NCBI GenBank assembly: GCA_963717465.1
Contig: OY970340.1
Span: 64,001 to 128,000 of the forward strand
Direction: 5' to 3'
Length of the DNA stretch: 64,000 nucleotides
Source of the DNA: Candidatus Bathyarchaeota archaeon
GTDB lineage: Archaea; Thermoproteota; Bathyarchaeia; Bathyarchaeales; Bathycorpusculaceae
Below, one piece after another: positions 61,563 through 64,000 of the stretch (position 1 is the first letter of the stretch; each line of letters opens with the position of its first letter). The notes beneath the pieces were generated by a model that saw only the letters and a program-made list of their open reading frames with translations, did no database searches and had not been told where the DNA came from. Both the position numbers and the translations under genes were made by a program.

Positions 61563-61755
61563 AATTTTGTTATTCTGTACGAAGCATCGTTCGCCTATCT
61601 TGCCTGTATTTCACATTAAATTCTCATGGACTGCGTAGTGCTTGGGGATGCCGTGATAGCTTGATGCCGAGCCCTCGTTTACCGTTGTTGGATGAGACAA
61701 TCTGTCCTTGATTTTTACTCTTTCAGTTTTACTTTTTTATTATCAATTGCTCTGT

Positions 61756-61866
61756 GGATATTTAAATTAAATTATAAGCTGACTTTGAGTTTCGCAACAA
61801 AAAAAGAAATTTCACCCAATCATCATTTACATAATTGCATTAAAGCATCATTTTTAGCACAATGTG
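61756..61866 (-). promoter_or_regulatory. Promoter/operator module copy 4 (orphan)
   Basis: ggatatttaaattaaattataa / gcaacaaaa / ttgcatt / cacaatgtg. Confidence 0.65.
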
Positions 61867-62099
61867 GTATCCGTCTTTTTTTGATTTTCATCGAATCGTT
61901 TGTGCATAGAAAAGGCAATATTGGAAACCATTAAAAAGTACACGTTTAAAGTGAACGTTTTTTGATTACCCAAAAAAATCGGCAATTTAGCAGAAAGTGG
62001 TAAAAAAAAAAAGTAATCGATCAGAATATTTAGAAGCACTCATAACAAACTGACGACGGTCGCGAGGTACCGACGACCGCATCGTTATGGTAACGTGTA

Positions 62100-62210
62100 G
62101 GATATTTAAGTTAAATTGCAAGCAAGTTACGGGTTTTGCCACAAAACTAGATAATAGATTTAATCTCTGCCGATTAAGTTGCATTCAGAACAATTTTCTA
62201 ACACAATGTG
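62100..62210 (-). promoter_or_regulatory. Promoter/operator module copy 5 (orphan)
   Basis: ggatatttaagttaaat / gccacaaaa / ttgcatt / cacaatgtg. Confidence 0.65.
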
Positions 62211-62330
62211 GAGGGTTCTTCTTTGGTTATTATTGAAGTATTACGGTAGAGTTTACGTATTATTTGTATTAGAGGCCTCTAAAGCCATCTTTAAATATGC
62301 ATATTTTTCTTAATAATAATAAAAATCGCA

Positions 62331-62427
62331 AAATTGACAACCTGCCAGATGGTGGCTACAGGTTGGGAGTTTGGCTTTCCTGTGGCCACCACCTAGAGGT
62401 GAATAGCGCGTCTTTAGAATGACGCGC
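62331..62427. ncRNA. Candidate structured RNA/palindromic element, homolog of 61435-61562
   Basis: 12-bp stem ggtggctacagg/cctgtggccacc plus gcgcgtc/gacgcgc hairpin, same flanks. Confidence 0.45.
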
Positions 62428-62446
62428 AGTCTATTTGCATCCTTAT

Positions 62447-62560
62447 GGATATTTAAGTTAAGTCGTAAACCGTTTTTGGGTTTTGCTACAAAACACGAAT
62501 ATAAATTTAATCAATATCAATTTAATTGCATTAATACAACATTTTTTAACACATTGTGCA
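62447..62560 (-). promoter_or_regulatory. Promoter/operator module copy 6 (orphan)
   Basis: ggatatttaagttaagt / gctacaaaa / ttgcatt / cacattgtg. Confidence 0.65.
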
Positions 62561-62762
62561 AGTCGCTTTAACGTTCCTCCGATTAAAAGAAACAGAAGAT
62601 AGAACAGAAATTCAAAGCGGAATTGTAAAGCAAAGTTCAGCTTAATGCTTGAACTGTCACACTAAGCAAATTACTAAAAATAGTAATATTTGGCGTTATG
62701 CACAAAAGACTCACTATTCGCCAATTTAGCCATTAGTAGAAACTATTATCTCGTCAGCGTTT

Positions 62763-63341
62763 TTAAGAACGGGATTTAAGGGGTTTTCGAGTTGAAATTT
62801 CAGGTTGGAATAAAGCATTCAAGCTTCGCAATGAGAACGGCCTTGGAAACTTATTGCCTGTGCGGAACATAACGCTACGTGTTTCCACATGTGGTCGCTG
62901 AGGTAATAACAGTGTTTCTTTTTGCACTTCCTTAGACAATTCTACGAAACCATCATAGTTCTTATGCACAGATATCATGACCCAGTTCGTTGATTCTAAG
63001 CCTTGATCCTCTATAGCGCAAAGCACTTCAGGATGTCTCTGCATTAATTCACGAACTTTGCTAGTTTGTTCTGGTGTTATCACTTCAGTAGTTGAGGCAA
63101 ATGTAAATACGATAACATCTAGCCCCATTTTGTACAAGTTAGGGATTATAGTGTACTCTTTTATGTAACCATCCTGCTCCAGCTTCCTTCTCCTCCTAGA
63201 CAATGTCGTGTTACTAATTCCTAAAATTCTAGCAATTTCTCTATCGCTTTTACCGCCTAGCGCCATTAAGGCAAATAGAACTTTCAGGTTTTCCAAGGCT
63301 TTTCTATCTAACGTATCGTGCGTGCTCAAAAACTTATTCAT
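62763..63341 (-). CDS. Lrp/AsnC-like regulator (paralog of 54833..55441)
   Basis: LKVLFALMALGGKSDREIA...NTTLSRRRRKLEQ.GYIKEYT. Confidence 0.88.
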   Translation of the reverse strand: MNKFLSTHDTLDRKALENLKVLFALMALGGKSDREIARILGISNTTLSRRRRKLEQDGYIKEYTIIPNLYKMGLDVIVFTFASTTEVITPEQTSKVRELMQRHPEVLCAIEDQGLESTNWVMISVHKNYDGFVELSKEVQKETLLLPQRPHVETRSVMFRTGNKFPRPFSLRSLNALFQPEISTRKPLKSRS

Positions 63342-63484
63342 ACCAATGCATTATTCAACATAAAGCTTTAAATTTTTTTATTTCACATAGTGTGCCGAAT
63401 TAAAAAATTGAAGTTCTATTACTTTAAAAAATTCTGGAAAGTTTTGGTTTTTCTTATTTTAAGCATTACGTTGTCTGAGTAATT

Positions 63485-64000
63485 CTATGCATCAATGGGG
63501 TTGATTGTCTTGCCATCCCGCTTGTTTTTGACGCCATGCAATGGTTTGACAGATTGAAACAATGATTCCATGTTTCTGAACGAGAATGGTTTTGGAAACA
63601 TCTTATCCGTATGAAACATGAAAGTGTGAGTTTCGATGTGCGGTGGTTGATGAAGGGATAGTAATTCGTTTTGCACTTTTTTAGACAGGTCTATGAAACC
63701 ATCATAGTTCTTGTGCACAGTTATGCCAAGCCAGTTTGTACCTTCTAAACCTTGATCTTGTAGTATGCACAGAATTTCGGGATATTTCTGAATTAAATCA
63801 TGAGCCTCTTTAGATTGCACTGGTGTCACAACATCAGTAGTAGATGAAAAAGAAAACACTATAACCTCTAATCCCATTTTATGCAAATCAGGAATTATAG
63901 TATACTCTTTTATGTAACCATCCTGCTCCAGCTTCCTTCTCCTCCTAGACAATGTGGTATTACTAATCTCCAAAATCCGGGCAATCTCTCTGTCACTTTT
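63485..64000 (-). CDS. Lrp/AsnC-like regulator, third paralog, 5' end off the window
   Basis: KSDREIARILEISNTTLSRRRRKLEQDGYIKEYT continues to the window edge. Confidence 0.88.
   Translation of the reverse strand, partial: KSDREIARILEISNTTLSRRRRKLEQDGYIKEYTIIPDLHKMGLEVIVFSFSSTTDVVTPVQSKEAHDLIQKYPEILCILQDQGLEGTNWLGITVHKNYDGFIDLSKKVQNELLSLHQPPHIETHTFMFHTDKMFPKPFSFRNMESLFQSVKPLHGVKNKRDGKTINPIDA

Noticed and set aside
61612..61701. 29-aa minus-strand micro-ORF (MSHPTTVNEG...) behind orphan promoter 4
   Set aside because: TTG start, weak RBS, no counterpart behind the other promoter copies; unsupported without Ribo-seq
61300..62700. tRNA-Sec, cobalamin/SAM riboswitch or CRISPR array in the structured intergenic region
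   Set aside because: No UCA anticodon arm or cloverleaf, no recognisable B12-box or SAM-I core, and no identical repeats with regular spacers

Overview
Archaeal chromosomal window, most likely Bathyarchaeia. The lineage is inferred from the archaeal ribosomal cluster, TBP, TgtA and multiple Lrp/DUF998/DUF996 genes, not proven. Housekeeping blocks are rnpB, AK6, TtuA and TBP at 2-7 kb, and tRNA-Pro, Lsm, TgtA, a beta-CASP RNase and ftsY-pfdA-rpl18a-eIF6-rpl31e-rpl39e-rps19e at 39-51 kb. The window also holds a non-oxidative pentose phosphate cluster, a decayed SSV-type split-integrase element at tRNA-Pro, and two corrinoid methyltransferase islands. Island 1 (15-28 kb) has a non-pyrrolysine MtmB, two divergent UroD/MtaA-fold proteins, a corrinoid protein, GcvH, SCP2, DUF2284 and two AmmeMemoRadiSam-type radical SAM paralogs. 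Island 2 (53-64 kb) has a second MtmB, MttB, a corrinoid protein, SCP2, three Lrp paralogs and a Mo/W-bisPGD oxidoreductase. Top observation: the oxidoreductase is split by one in-frame TGA (60640-60642) at the expected Mo/W-ligand position. The TGA is followed 6 nt later by an in-CDS stem-loop resembling a bacterial-type SECIS, which suggests a selenoprotein decoded the bacterial way in an archaeon. Island 2 also has six copies of a ~110-bp promoter/operator module; three copies have no downstream gene and adjoin conserved hairpins (candidate ncRNAs). Caveat: several conserved genes carry small frameshifts, so the assembly probably has errors and single-base claims need read support. Family calls come from motif recognition, not database searches.
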